Part shown: one piece after another, positions 11,977 through 23,650 of the stretch
Numbering within the stretch: the stretch's first letter is position 1
Layout: every line of letters starts with the position of its first letter
Assembly: GCA_044892525.1 (NCBI GenBank)
Contig: CM097885.1
Span: 30,382,001-30,446,000, forward strand
Direction: 5' to 3'
DNA: 64,000 nt
Source of the DNA: Schmidtea polychroa
Lineage: Eukaryota
The notes under the pieces: generated by a model
Seen by the model: the letters and a program-made list of their open reading frames with translations, nothing else
Database searches by the model: none
Told to the model about the DNA's origin: nothing
Position numbers and translations under genes: made by a program

Positions 11977-12935
11977 TATCTCCCCCCTTAAAAAAAAATT
12001 TCGTCCTCGAAATATGCTTATTCGAGAATGTAATTTCAGTTAAAATTCACATATATTATTATTATTATTATTTTAATTTCATTTGATTGGAGAGTCATAA
12101 TAAAATATTTAGAATATTAAAATTTTGAGATTATTTTATTAAATTGATAGATATTTAAAATTTTGAGACTATTATTAATTTTATTAGACTTTATTAGACT
12201 ATTATTAATTTTATTAAAATTCGTCTTTAATTTAACATGCATAATGTTTAATGATTTAGATTACCCATATATCAGTTTTATCATTGCAGTTCAATTTAAA
12301 ATATTCCATCGATCAACATTCGAATCGAGTTAAGGGAGGTTAAAATTTATCACAGTTTGTTTGCTCCGAGATAGGAGCTAATATTCAAATGACCCACTCC
12401 AACCGTCCACCGGAACCAATATGATAAACATTGATTTGTGTAGTGGTTGCACAAATAGTGATCCCAAACTCACATTAACCCAAATACACAAATATACCAA
12501 ACAATCTACGATATAGGCGTGTCTGCACGACTTATCAATTCTGATCGACTGGTGCTGAAGTGCTGTGCAATTACTGCTGGAAGAGAAATATCATATATAA
12601 ACTGTACTATTACCCAAAATCTCATTCGGATTTGTCTGGTAATTTGCTAATTGAATTTTATTTATTCCATCACAACAAAACTCCATCGACATTATTATTT
12701 TAATCAACTACGTTAAAGGGTAAGGATGATTTGCTATTTGAATTTTATTTATTTATTTTCAGTTAGGTGTGTTCGTATTTGAATTTTCGTTGATTTTTTT
12801 TTTAAAAGATACAGAAGTCATAAAAATTTGATGAATTTAGAGTAATTAATGTCACGGTAGAGGATCATATGTTTCTTGAAATTTTTTCTTTTTTAATTAA
12901 TTTGTTTAAATTCATAATTGAAAATATATCGTTAA

Positions 12936-13025
12936 CCCTTTTCTATCCTGTGTATGTAAAATTATGACAAAAAAATAAGAGATTGAAATATGCAGGGCGC
13001 AGACAATACTGAGGAGAGGAAAGGG
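12936..13025. mobile_element. Tiny piggyBac-like MITE (90 bp)
   Basis: TTAA-CCCTTTTCTATCCT...AGGAGAGGAAAGGG-TTAA: imperfect TIRs with TTAA on both flanks. Confidence 0.55.
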
Positions 13026-13251
13026 TTAATACATTTTAGATTAAAAGATCGAATAATTTTAAAAAATGTTTTATCATCATTTTGATATTAAATTCAATAT
13101 ATCATCACAGATTATTATAACAACAAATTCCAAAGACGGAATATTTCTCTTCGCTAATTCTAATCAACGCACAAAATTTTATTGAACATGTTAGGCAATC
13201 GAAAATATTTCTCTACAGATCGTTACAAGCGCACTATAATTCCGGATGATG

Positions 13252-13571
13252 ATTCGTGCATTCTACAAACATATACTCGGCATTTCTATTTGATATACTG
13301 ATCTAGAAAAAGAATACTATCAGTTTTTCCCTGGTTCGGAATTCCTATAGAAAAGGATGTTTTGACAATGCTTCTCTATCAAACGTTTTCTATTCAAATA
13401 TCAGAATTTGGACCGACAGAAACTCACTAGTACTACTCACAGAAGAAAATAAATCTGAATATGTTAAATTAGTTTGTCAAGAGAAAATGATTGGAGCTAT
13501 TCACCAACAACTTCATAGTTTTCTCGAAGGGTTTTACGAAATCATACCCAAAAATTTGATCTCCATTTTTC
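13252..13571 (+). pseudogene. HECT E3 ubiquitin ligase (HUWE1/Tom1-like) fragment
   Basis: Translates as IRAFYKHILGISI*YTDLE...[10 protein letters not shown]...[44 protein letters not shown], with a stop and frameshifts. Confidence 0.85.
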
Positions 13572-13814
13572 TTCTTCACCATCCCTTAATCTACCCCTCT
13601 CCCGTTTTCCAGCTTCAATTTCGATAACTTTTCACTTTATTCCACTTCCTCCGGTTTGCGCATTTTCCCATTTCATCTCTGATTGTACCCTTTTATAGTT
13701 CTGTTTTTATCATATCTTTCTTTGCCATTGCTTCTCTGCTTGACCGCCATTCAATTTCGGCTTTCCTTTTAATCTGAACTATATAATTTAATAATTTATT
13801 TTCAAATCTCAACA
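13570..13814 (-). repeat. Truncated copy (5'-most 245 bp) of the element A LTR
   Basis: Near-identical to 11732-11976. Confidence 0.92.
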
Positions 13815-13915
13815 GAATAAATATTACAATGTTTTTTCTAATAAAAAACGTTTACAAAATTTATTTACTTATTTATTAAATAAGTTAATTTATTATGAAA
13901 AATTAATATAAAAAC

Positions 13916-14714
13916 CTAATTTAACCAAATATGCTGGTTTAATTCTTCAAAATTGATTCTTTTTTCCGGGGAATAAATAAGACATTTTTTCATTAATTCT
14001 TTTGCCCTATCAGAACATTTTTTAAATATAACTGGTTTAAAGTCTTCATAATCTTTCATGGTTGAATATGGCCTTTTTGATTCTAAACAACTGTAAACTA
14101 AACTTCCAAACATGAAAACCAGATTCTTTTTGACATAATAATTAACGGCTTTGAAAGTTTCTGGACCGCAGTATCCAGTCGTGCCAAGCTTTTTCTTACA
14201 CATTGGATGCGGGTTGATATTATCATACAGAGTCCTCGAAATCAATTATTTTTATTCGATAATTAATTTTGTTAAAAAATATATTTCGCGGTTTTATATG
14301 ACGATGGTAAATTCCTTTTCTTACAAGTTCCTGTAATACTATTAAAACGTTTTTCAATATTCTTTTTATACATTTCTCTAATCTTTTTTTTCGAACATAA
14401 GAATATAATTCAATCCAGTTGCCAGTCAAATGTTCCATAACTATTGAAAATTCGGTGTCGTTTTGAAAATAATTGAGAATTTTTGGACAAATTTTATTGT
14501 TATTGATTAAATTGATAAAATGCATTTCTTTAGGAATGGGAAATGGATAATTATCATTTTTAATGAATAAATATTTTAAATTTTTGTAAAAGGATTTTAT
14601 GACCACAGTTTTAACTTTTGATTTAGTTGCATCTCGATTTTCTGCAATTGTTACTTTTCCTTTGACAGTCGATTGTAACACTTTTACAAATTTATAATCA
14701 TTTTCTGAACACAT
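13916..14714 (-). pseudogene. Intronless PIM-like Ser/Thr kinase, frameshifted
   Basis: VVIKSF, IPKEMHF, GIYHRHIKPRNIF (HRD->HRH), IIDFE, GTTGYCGPE, CLIYSPEKRINFEELNQHIWL, split over ORFs 14223-14714 and 13916-14245. Confidence 0.8.
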
Positions 14715-15073
14715 ATTTCTTCACTTTTAATTAATTGTTAAAATAAAATTATAAATAGAGAATTTTTTTTAATTAAATTAATTATAATAAATTTAATTTG
14801 TCAAAATAAATATTAATAGGTGATCAAATTTTCAATCGAGTTATCAATGTCTTTCTAGATTTACTAGACAAGATAATAAATTTCTAATATGGACACTCTA
14901 AAAACATCTGGTGTTTAATAAATGTTATCATAAGTAAATTTGATCAATTATAGATAGAGCACACTGACTCAATTGGGTATGATTCGTTGATCTGATCGGA
15001 CTTTATCAGACTACAAGGTGATGGATCATATTCTTTGTTCTACAGTCTGTCAATAACGTCATGTCAAGGTCTT

Positions 15074-16232
15074 TCAAACTTGTAAGTGCACTGGCTCAAA
15101 TGACCCTAACTGTTGTTCTTCAATTGTTCTTGTAAAAATTAAAATATCGTCTAAATACACCATAACTCCTTCTTTCCATAGATCTTTCAATATTTTTGTC
15201 GTTAATTCTTGGAATGTACCCGGTGCCGCCGCAATGCCAAAAGGCATTCTATTAAAACAAAATTGCCCTTCTTTAGTAGAAAATGCTGTCTTTTCTTGCG
15301 ATTCTATGTCCAATTTCACTTGATAATAAGCGTTCCCAAGGTCTATAGAACTAAAGTACTTAGATCCATGTAATGTATCTAGAATTTCTTCTACATTCGC
15401 CATAGGAAAAGCTTGTCTTTCAGTAATCTTATTAAGCTGTCTAAAATCTAAACAAAGTCTGATATCTTTTTTGTCTTTTTTCCACACACATACTAACGGC
15501 GTATTCCAAGGTGAATTACATCTTCTTATGATATCATTATTTTCTAAATTTTTTATAGCAGCATTTATTTTCTCCTCTAAATTGATGGGTTGTCTTCTGG
15601 GTTTTATCATAATTGGCTCTTCTTTTGTGATGATTTTATGTGCAATTAAATCAGTACATCCAATATCCCAGTTATTAGCCATAAAAACACTTTTATTGTT
15701 TTTAACAATCTCTAACAGTCTTTTATTTTCGTTTAATCTTAGAATTTCTATTGCTTTTTGACATCTCTCGTTATCTGTAATCTTTTCCCCAAATTAAGCT
15801 TCTATTTCACACACAAATTTATTATATCCTTCTTCATTTTGCTTGATGTAGTTTAATTCAATTCCAAACTCTTTCTGCAATTATATTATAAATACTATTA
15901 TAAATGTTATTTTTCTTTCCATATTACCAATTCTAACATCAATATATATTTTTCCGATTGTCTCTAATTTACTATCATTTGCACATCTTAACATCTCATC
16001 TGTCTTTATGATTTTCACATTCACTAATTTGTCCACAACTGCTTCTGCCATTACATTTACTTTTGCTCCTGTATCTAGTAAACATTCCATTCTATAGCCC
16101 TGAATTTCAAGAGTTGTACTCGGTCTACCTTGCATTTTGTCATAACTCAATTGCGGTCGTTTCCATTCATCTTTAGTGAAAATATTTTGCTCCTCTGATA
16201 TTTCATTAATCCACCCAATTTCCTTTCTCTCT
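15074..16232 (-). pseudogene. Ty3/Gypsy element B pol: protease and partial reverse transcriptase
   Basis: CLLDTGAKVN; SPWNTPLV, RLCLDFRQLN, IDLGNAYYQV, RMPFGI, VYLDDILI; frameshifted and truncated after YLDD. Confidence 0.92.
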
Positions 16233-16475
16233 AGTAGTATGTAGTAAGGACTCCAACTCACTTTCAAGGTCATGGAATATCAAGATCAAATATAGACCAA
16301 TCGAATCATTTATTTTTTAAATTAACATTTTATTTAATTACTTCTTTTTAATTTTATTAATTAATTATTTTATGATGTTATATTTTAATTACTTACTTTA
16401 GTTAATTTTTAATTTATTACATTTAATTAATTTATTAGTTTATTAATATTTTATTTTAATTACTTACGCTTTTTA

Positions 16476-16523
<48 letters not shown>

Positions 16524-16527
16524 TTTA
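16233..16527 (+). repeat. Left TIR of the mini-Polinton
   Basis: Reverse complement of 21083-21374; I see one substitution and a different (TTA)n length. Confidence 0.93.
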
Positions 16528-17037
16528 ATTTTATTTAATTACTTCTATTTTTTTTTCTCTTTAATTTTATTAGTTAATTATTTTATGATGTTATACTTTA
16601 ATTACTTATTTTAGTTAATTTTTAATTTATTACATTTAATTAATTAATTTGTTTATTAATATTTTATTTTAATTACCAACGTTATTTAATTATTATTTAT
16701 TTTATTTATTTATTTTTTAATTTTACATTATATTCTAACAAGAGCGTAAATTATAACAATAATATTTCAATTTGAATAAAATTTTAATTAGTAATTATTC
16801 AATTTGAATAAAATTTTAATTGGTAATTATCATAAAATAAAGCTGTGTTAATTTAAATAAAATGGGCATTAATTTTTCAAAACAAAGCAAAGTTTTTCAT
16901 GATAAATAATAATTCTTACTTAAAACTAATTATCTAAATTAATTGGACAAATGAATTATTAAATGATAAAACATATTTTAATTAACGAAGTCAAATAATT
17001 CACAATATATATTTTATTATTCACATAAATTTAATTG

Positions 17038-19930
17038 TTAAAGTTCTTGTTTCGATTTGCATTCATTTGTAGACGGAGCAGTTGCGATATGCATTTGACG
17101 AATCTTATAGTGACCGTAGGCATAGCTTTCATTAGAATTGAACCAATACCTTTTATCATCCAAACATTGGAGAGCTCGTTTTTCTGTAATGAAAGTATAC
17201 AACTGATGATTAACACTTCCTATTCTCTTTTGTTGGATGCTCACTGTTCCACCATCAGTATACACTTTTTTATAGGCTTCATGGGTGATATTAGAATTTG
17301 TAAGACTTATTCCTTTGGCTTTTAGAGTGTTTTTATCTCCTTGGAGTGAGTAGCACTTGGGTCGAAGAAACACCCATTCTTTATATTGATTTCCTTTATT
17401 CTCATCCTTGAATTTCCCGATTACCGAACAAATTTTATCTGAGAACAATGGATCAGTCACCGGATAATTTGAAGTATCTAGGAGCCCATCGGCAATCATT
17501 TTTGGATACAGTTGTAAGCGTAAATCAACATTTTTACACTCTAAAAAGAAGGAATCTGTGTCACCGGCTACGATATTAATTTGACAATTGAATTCTTCTC
17601 TATAACTCTGTAGTTCTTTATATTGAAACTGGTACATGCGAAGTTTAGATAAATCAAGTACGGTTTGTCCAATATACATTGGTCTATCTAAACACACCAT
17701 TTCCTTATCAAGTATAACAGCAATGAGATCATCCGCAATCTTGATGCTACGACGAAACATAGGATTACTACAATAAGTTATCAATCTTTTGCTTTTGCTG
17801 CATAATCTCAAATTTATACGTTTCTTAAGGTTTTCCACGGTTTTACCGTATAAACTATTGTTCTTTAACTTATAATAATCTCGCTGAAATGAATCTGTAC
17901 TAGCTGCTCTCATTTGAGTATTGTAATCAATATAGCGTTTGAAAATAGCTACTTGCTTGAATTCTACAGCACGATTAACTTTTGTGACTTTTGCGCCGTA
18001 ACTCAACCACTCTGTCAAAACTCTACCATTAACTACATAGTTTTTCTTAGGCTCATGAGTTAACAACAGCTTTTCAACTTTACTACCAGGTGGATAACAA
18101 AGCTCAGGAGCTATAGGTAAATCATCTAGCTTATCTTGTATACTATCAGGAATGACGATGTCAACCTCTAGAACATATCCACGATCTCCATCAAACTCAT
18201 CCCCATTTGCACATCTTTCAACAATACCATTCATTTCAGTCTGATCATTTATCCATCTAAATTCACCAATAGGAAGTTTTTGCGACAGCGCCCATCCATA
18301 TAAATTATTAACATCTAGGTATGACATTTGTGTTGATTCATCAGCTTCAACATGATGTTTGTTGATAAATGTCATTCCACCACGAATACCAGCTTCAAAT
18401 AAAAGGTAAAGCTCTGGATCTTGAATAAGTTCTACCGGTTCAGGTAACTGTTTAATAGCTGATGCCCAACTTAATCCGGGTATGGAAACAAACGATAAAG
18501 CCTCAAGTCCATCTTCGTCAAATGTTTTTTCTCTGAAAGCTTCAAAAACATCGGCCAACACAAAAACATCCAACTTGAGATATACTAGCATGTAATCTAG
18601 CAATGTCTCACAGTTATATTGTCGCCAGATTTGATTTGCATGTATATAATCTTCTTGACTAACTCCCTCCCAAATCGATGGTAATTCTGTTATTGACTGT
18701 AAAACATCCATTGACGTAGCAATATCATAAGGAAATATGCCTTTACCAGTTATTAGATGCGAATTGAAAATCTTTGAAGTAAGTGGAAGACGTGGCAAGT
18801 TTTTTGATAAATTTGCCAAGCTGCTATTTAAAAATTGTAAAGAATCAATGAATCTAATTCTTCTGCCTTTCGATGTCGCTGTAAGTGTGAGAAACTTTTC
18901 TGTTGATTGAGGAATAACAATTAAATTCCAATCTGGGAATTTTCCAATTGCATATTTTAATATATGATGAATGTCATATCCACGAAGATTATGAAATACA
19001 ACAGGTAAAGACGGATTGATTCTTCTAGCCAAATTACAATCTTGACACGCTGCTCCGAGATATTGACCAGTAAAATGATCATGATCTCGAACAGGTATAT
19101 TGATAATCTTTTTACAAAGGTAGCAATGAGTTTGAGTCGTGAATTCTTCCTGCTCTTCCCAAGTGAGTTCCATCATTTCCTTTGATCCATTAATTTTATA
19201 CCACGGATAAACTATGTCTGTAGCTATATCATCCAATGCTTGTATGAACTGAATGATACAGTTTTTCCCAACAAATGTTTCATTTCGGATCGGACAACCT
19301 TGATGGAGAAGCACAAATTCAGATGCAATCGGCTCATGTTTTTGGAAGTGTTTGTCATCTAGAGGTAATATCGATTCAAAGTCCGTGTAGACAACAAACT
19401 GCTGTTTTATAGTTTTACTCCAATCTTTAAATTCGATATATTTATTCTCTGGCATTGAGTATAGAGTCGTACGCTCCACATTCTTCCTACAAAGACCTAT
19501 ATGTCTTTCAAAAGCAGGACGTTTTTGAAACCCATGAAGACACGTATGACACCAATGTGATTGGATTCTGACTCCTTCTACTCTATCTCTGTAATTCAGC
19601 AGTCGATCGAGATTAGTTACAGCCAAAAAATGATAATTTAATTCTAAATTTAGTTAATATTTTTAATGATTAAAGGAAATATTACCTTCTTCAATCAATA
19701 GGAGATATATCTGAGATCCCGTCGAAGTACTTCTATATACCAAGTCAATGAACGGATTCTTGAAAATATCATTAGTTTTTTGTTTAATTGGATCTTTATT
19801 ATATTTGAGAACATTGATCGCTAGATTTGGATTAATTGCTTCAAATTGGCAAATGTTAACCAACTTCATCGGAAACCATTCAAATTTCCATTTTAAGTCT
19901 TAAAAACAAAATTCAATGATTTATGACATT

Positions 19931-20019
<89 letters not shown>

Positions 20020-21081
20020 CCACTTAAGTTATATTTTGTTGTTCTTTCTCTATTCCGACGTATATCATCATAACGTAACACAGCTAGTATGCTATATAAA
20101 AAACAGAATTGATCATTGTTTTGAACATTAACTAAAGCCTGAGAGTTTTTCAGGTAATTTGGCGTTTTAATGTAACTTGAACCTAAGTAATCTCTTGATT
20201 TATATATATAATAATGTAAATAATCTTACCAGATACATGTATTATGTCTGATAATTTAGTTAAAATCATAGTAACTTCTAATATTTTATGAATTCTCCAC
20301 CCACTACTTTGTTGAGTGTATTTCTCCAACTTTTCTTTTAATTTTTCAATTCCATCATTAATAAATGAAGATGACATTGTAATTGCTTTATTCGACAAAC
20401 ACCATTTTTTAATTTCACCATCCTCTTTGATAAACTCTGCATAAAGTCCAAATTGGATTTTTACTGTCCCCATTCGTTGAATATGATCTTCTATTTCTTT
20501 GATGAGACAATCTGGAACAACAATGTCAGGAGAATTAATTGCAGATACATCGCTTGTCAATTCAACACGAGAACCGTTTAAGTCAGACTCCCGACGTGGA
20601 CACAATTGTATGTTAGAGTCTCCATTTCCGTAAAATATTGACTTTCGTTTTGTGGTGCCAGAGTTTTGTCTAACTATATTTATAATTAATATTAAACAAC
20701 TTAAATAACATAACTTGTAACATATTCTTTAATCTCCTTAGGATCGTATGATGTATTCATTTTCGATTGTACTATAAAAAATTAATAATTGTTAATAGTA
20801 GAAAGAGTATTACTTTTAGTGATCATCCTGCTCTTCGTTTCTTCGAATCTTCTAAGATGGTGTCCGTGTTGTCGTACAAACATTAACCACCTACCTGGTG
20901 TTATAATGAGACATTCCGAACATATGTAACCCGATAAGGTAGAGTCATTTATCTTGAAATATGATGATTCATTATTTTCGTATCTTTCTATTGCTTTTAA
21001 TTTCTCACTAACTGGAATCTTTTTGTTTTTTTTTAATTTTTTGTTGTAAACATTATTGTTTATTGTCAGGGAATTTATTTC
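17038..21081 (-). CDS. Second pPolB, spliced; open frame of ~1249 codons, start codon not identified
   Basis: Exons 21081-20814, 20771-20715, 20673-20230, 20182-20021, 19898-19686 and 19643-17038 join in frame through GT-AG phase-1 introns. The product is colinear with pPolB 822-4634. Motifs YTDFE, VRDHDHFTG, YLDVNNLYG, KLKNNSLYGK and AGDTDS are intact. Confidence 0.9.
19937..20017. repeat. (TA)n microsatellite inside pPolB intron 19899-20020
   Basis: Directly visible. Confidence 0.95.
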
Positions 21082-21082
21082 C

Positions 21083-21086
21083 TAAA

Positions 21087-21131
<45 letters not shown>

Positions 21132-21374
21132 TAAAAAGCGTAAGTAATTAAAATAAAATATTAATAAACTAATAAATTAATTAAATGTAATAAATTAAAA
21201 ATTAACTAAAGTAAGTAATTAAAATATAACATCATAAAATAATTAATTAATAAAATTAAAAAGAAGTAATTAAATAAAATGTTAATTTAAAAAATAAATG
21301 ATTCGATTGGTCTATATTTGATCTTGATATTCCATGACCTTGAAAGTGAATTGGAGTCCTTACTACATACTACT
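21083..21374 (-). repeat. Right TIR of the mini-Polinton
   Basis: Ends ...ACTACT, followed by TSD CTCTCT. Confidence 0.93.
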
Positions 21375-22100
21375 CTCTCTAATTTATCTTCTGCCTTTTT
21401 AATAAATTTATAAACTTTTTCATTTACTATTTTATTATTATATTCTGCTTCTTTAATTTCATTATACTCTTCTTGATTGTTAGGATTATTATTATTATTT
21501 ATTAAAGATCGATCAGCATTAAAATAACTATAACATTTAAAATTATTTAAAGGAAACTTTTTAAAATTACAAATTTTATTACATAAAGGTTCTACATTAT
21601 ATATATATATATATATACGGATTATTTACATTATTAAAATTATTATGACCAATATTTACATCAATATCAAAATTACCTAGTATATTGCTCCGATCATTGC
21701 CTCCCGTGTCGAAGCATGTACTTTTGCGTGCTGAATATCCTCATATTTGTCTTCTGCATCATCTGAATACTCAAGTGGCATCGTCTCATCATTAGCTTCA
21801 ATTGCTGCAATTGTTCTTCCTGGATTGTTGATCTTTTGTTGATAGCTTGTGGTTCGATGGGCATAATAATTATTTTTTCTCATAATTGAATTAGTTTGAA
21901 ACTTCCTTTTTTCCAATTTTTTACAGCAGTCGATCTCCTTGTGTCCATGTAAAAGACATCTCTGGCATTGAATCGTTGCACATTCTCGCCGTACGTGGCC
22001 TTCAACTCCGCATGCAAAACACGTCATTTTCTTTTTCATTTGGAATTCTCGACTAACATGACCAGTTTTCTTGCATGTCCAGCATTCCAATTGTCGGTTA
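21375..22100 (-). pseudogene. Ty3/Gypsy element B: gag C-terminus (zinc knuckles) and start of the pol frame
   Basis: CWTCKKTGHVSREF, CFACGVEGHVRREC and CQRCLLHGHKEIDC in ORF 21677-22090; frame 21500-21375 continues into the protease ORF across the Polinton insertion. Confidence 0.85.
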
Positions 22101-23534
22101 CTGACGTTTCGCTGCTTATTAATTTGGCTTTTATTTAATTAACTCTACTTCGTAATTATAATTGTTCAACTATCCTAATTACGTCAAATGTTTGTGACAT
22201 TTATTTAGTTTGAATATTTTTGTTTGTTATTTATACCTGCCACCGAAATCAATTTCGCCGACGGTGAGAAGTGTTAGGGTGACGTTTTATATGATTGTTT
22301 GAGGTGACATACTCATCATTTGCACTGTATCGTGGAGTATCAGGTAACTAATAATTTTTTAATGCAGTTTTCAGAGTTTGCAAGAACTAGCTCTGGTATA
22401 CAGATAATCAGAAGGACGTTGATCCAAGGATTTGTAAAAGTTGGAATTACTGATGCTTGTTCTCGTTATTCTCCATCGGACTGTACTGTCGCATTGTCAA
22501 CTCTCAGTATTTCTTCGCTTGTGGATCTTAACCAATCCATCGCCGCCCCAACGGGTTCTCAATGTCATGGAGCTACAGCGATTCATATCCTTTGCGATCA
22601 TCGTGAACCATGATCTGGTCATATTGGAAATTCGTCTATTGATTTTTCAATGTGTGATTTTATTTATTTAACCGAGTTGGATGGATTGAGTTCCCAAGCT
22701 ATCTCCGTGTAGTTCTTGCATCCATAGTCTGCTTGACCTTGGATTTTCAATCACTTCGTATTCTTCTGGATTCAAGTTTCCCGTTGGGATACCATATTCG
22801 AACTTCTCCACTTGTGGCCATCTGATTCAAATAATATTTCCACTGACGCTGGTTTCTTATTGATTCTTCTGTTTCTCTTGGCTCTTTGTCTCTCTGCTTT
22901 TCCTAATAAACTAGAGTTTCTTTTGCTCTGCAATCTCGTTCGATTGGCTATATTATCAATTTTTTCTTGCTTTAATAATCTCTATTGAATTTCACTGTGT
23001 TTTGTTGGCCAACGCCTTAATTTCTTGTTATTTAACTTTTTTTCGTTTTTTCTTCTGTCCGAGTTTGATTCTCTTAATTTCTTGTTTGATTTTTTTTATT
23101 CCTTCTCTTGATTTCCTGACTTCCTTCTGAATTGTTTGCTTTATTCTAAAATAATTAACACTCCTAGTACATATCATAATTTTTTATTCGCTTTATCCTA
23201 CCCATCGTTTATTTCCCTGTTTTCTCCGTATTTTATACTGATCTTTACTCGTTATTTCCCTAACTTCTCATTGTTTTTTTCTAATTCACTGTAAGCTTTT
23301 ACTTTTCGCTACTAACCTCCCTTTGAATTTAAGTCCATTTTAAATTATATATATAGTCGTGTAATGTACAACCTTGTTCTTTTTTATGTTTAAACAAGGG
23401 GACGGAACGTTGGTCCATTTCGTTGGGCGTAAGCCTCGTTATAAAATTAATTAAAGAAACTATATAGCGATAATTTACTATGGTGAATTATCGCTATATA
23501 AATATGGATAAAAGAAATAAAATCGATAGAAAGA

Positions 23535-23650
23535 AAATTTCTAAACAGACAATAAATTTGATCAAATTCCTGAACAGATACTTTACGTGATCAAATTTCT
23601 AAACAGATCATTTACGTGATCAAATTCATAAACAGATAATTTATTTGATC
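23535..23650. repeat. ~29-bp tandem repeat, about 4 copies
   Basis: gatcaaatttctaaacagatcatttacgt-like units. Confidence 0.75.

Larger units (their letters stand above)
16233..21374 (-). mobile_element. Mini-Polinton/Maverick (5142 bp) encoding only pPolB
   Basis: TIRs 16233-16527 and 21083-21374 begin AGTAGT; 6-bp TSD CTCTCT at 16227-16232 and 21375-21380; excision restores the host pol frame. Confidence 0.93.

Noticed and set aside
16233..16273. N-terminus MTLKVSWSPYYILL of ORF 15881-16273
   Set aside because: It reads out of the Polinton TIR; the true upstream frame lies beyond 21375
19893..20131. IYIYIY-rich ORFs here and at 30131-30676 and 56211-56486
   Set aside because: Translations of (TA)n microsatellites; only the part overlapping pPolB2 exon 20021-20182 is coding
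22320..23300. Possible env-like or other ORF remnant on the minus strand (WINVLLIICIPELVLANS)
   Set aside because: Many stops and no diagnostic motif, so it cannot be supported without a profile search
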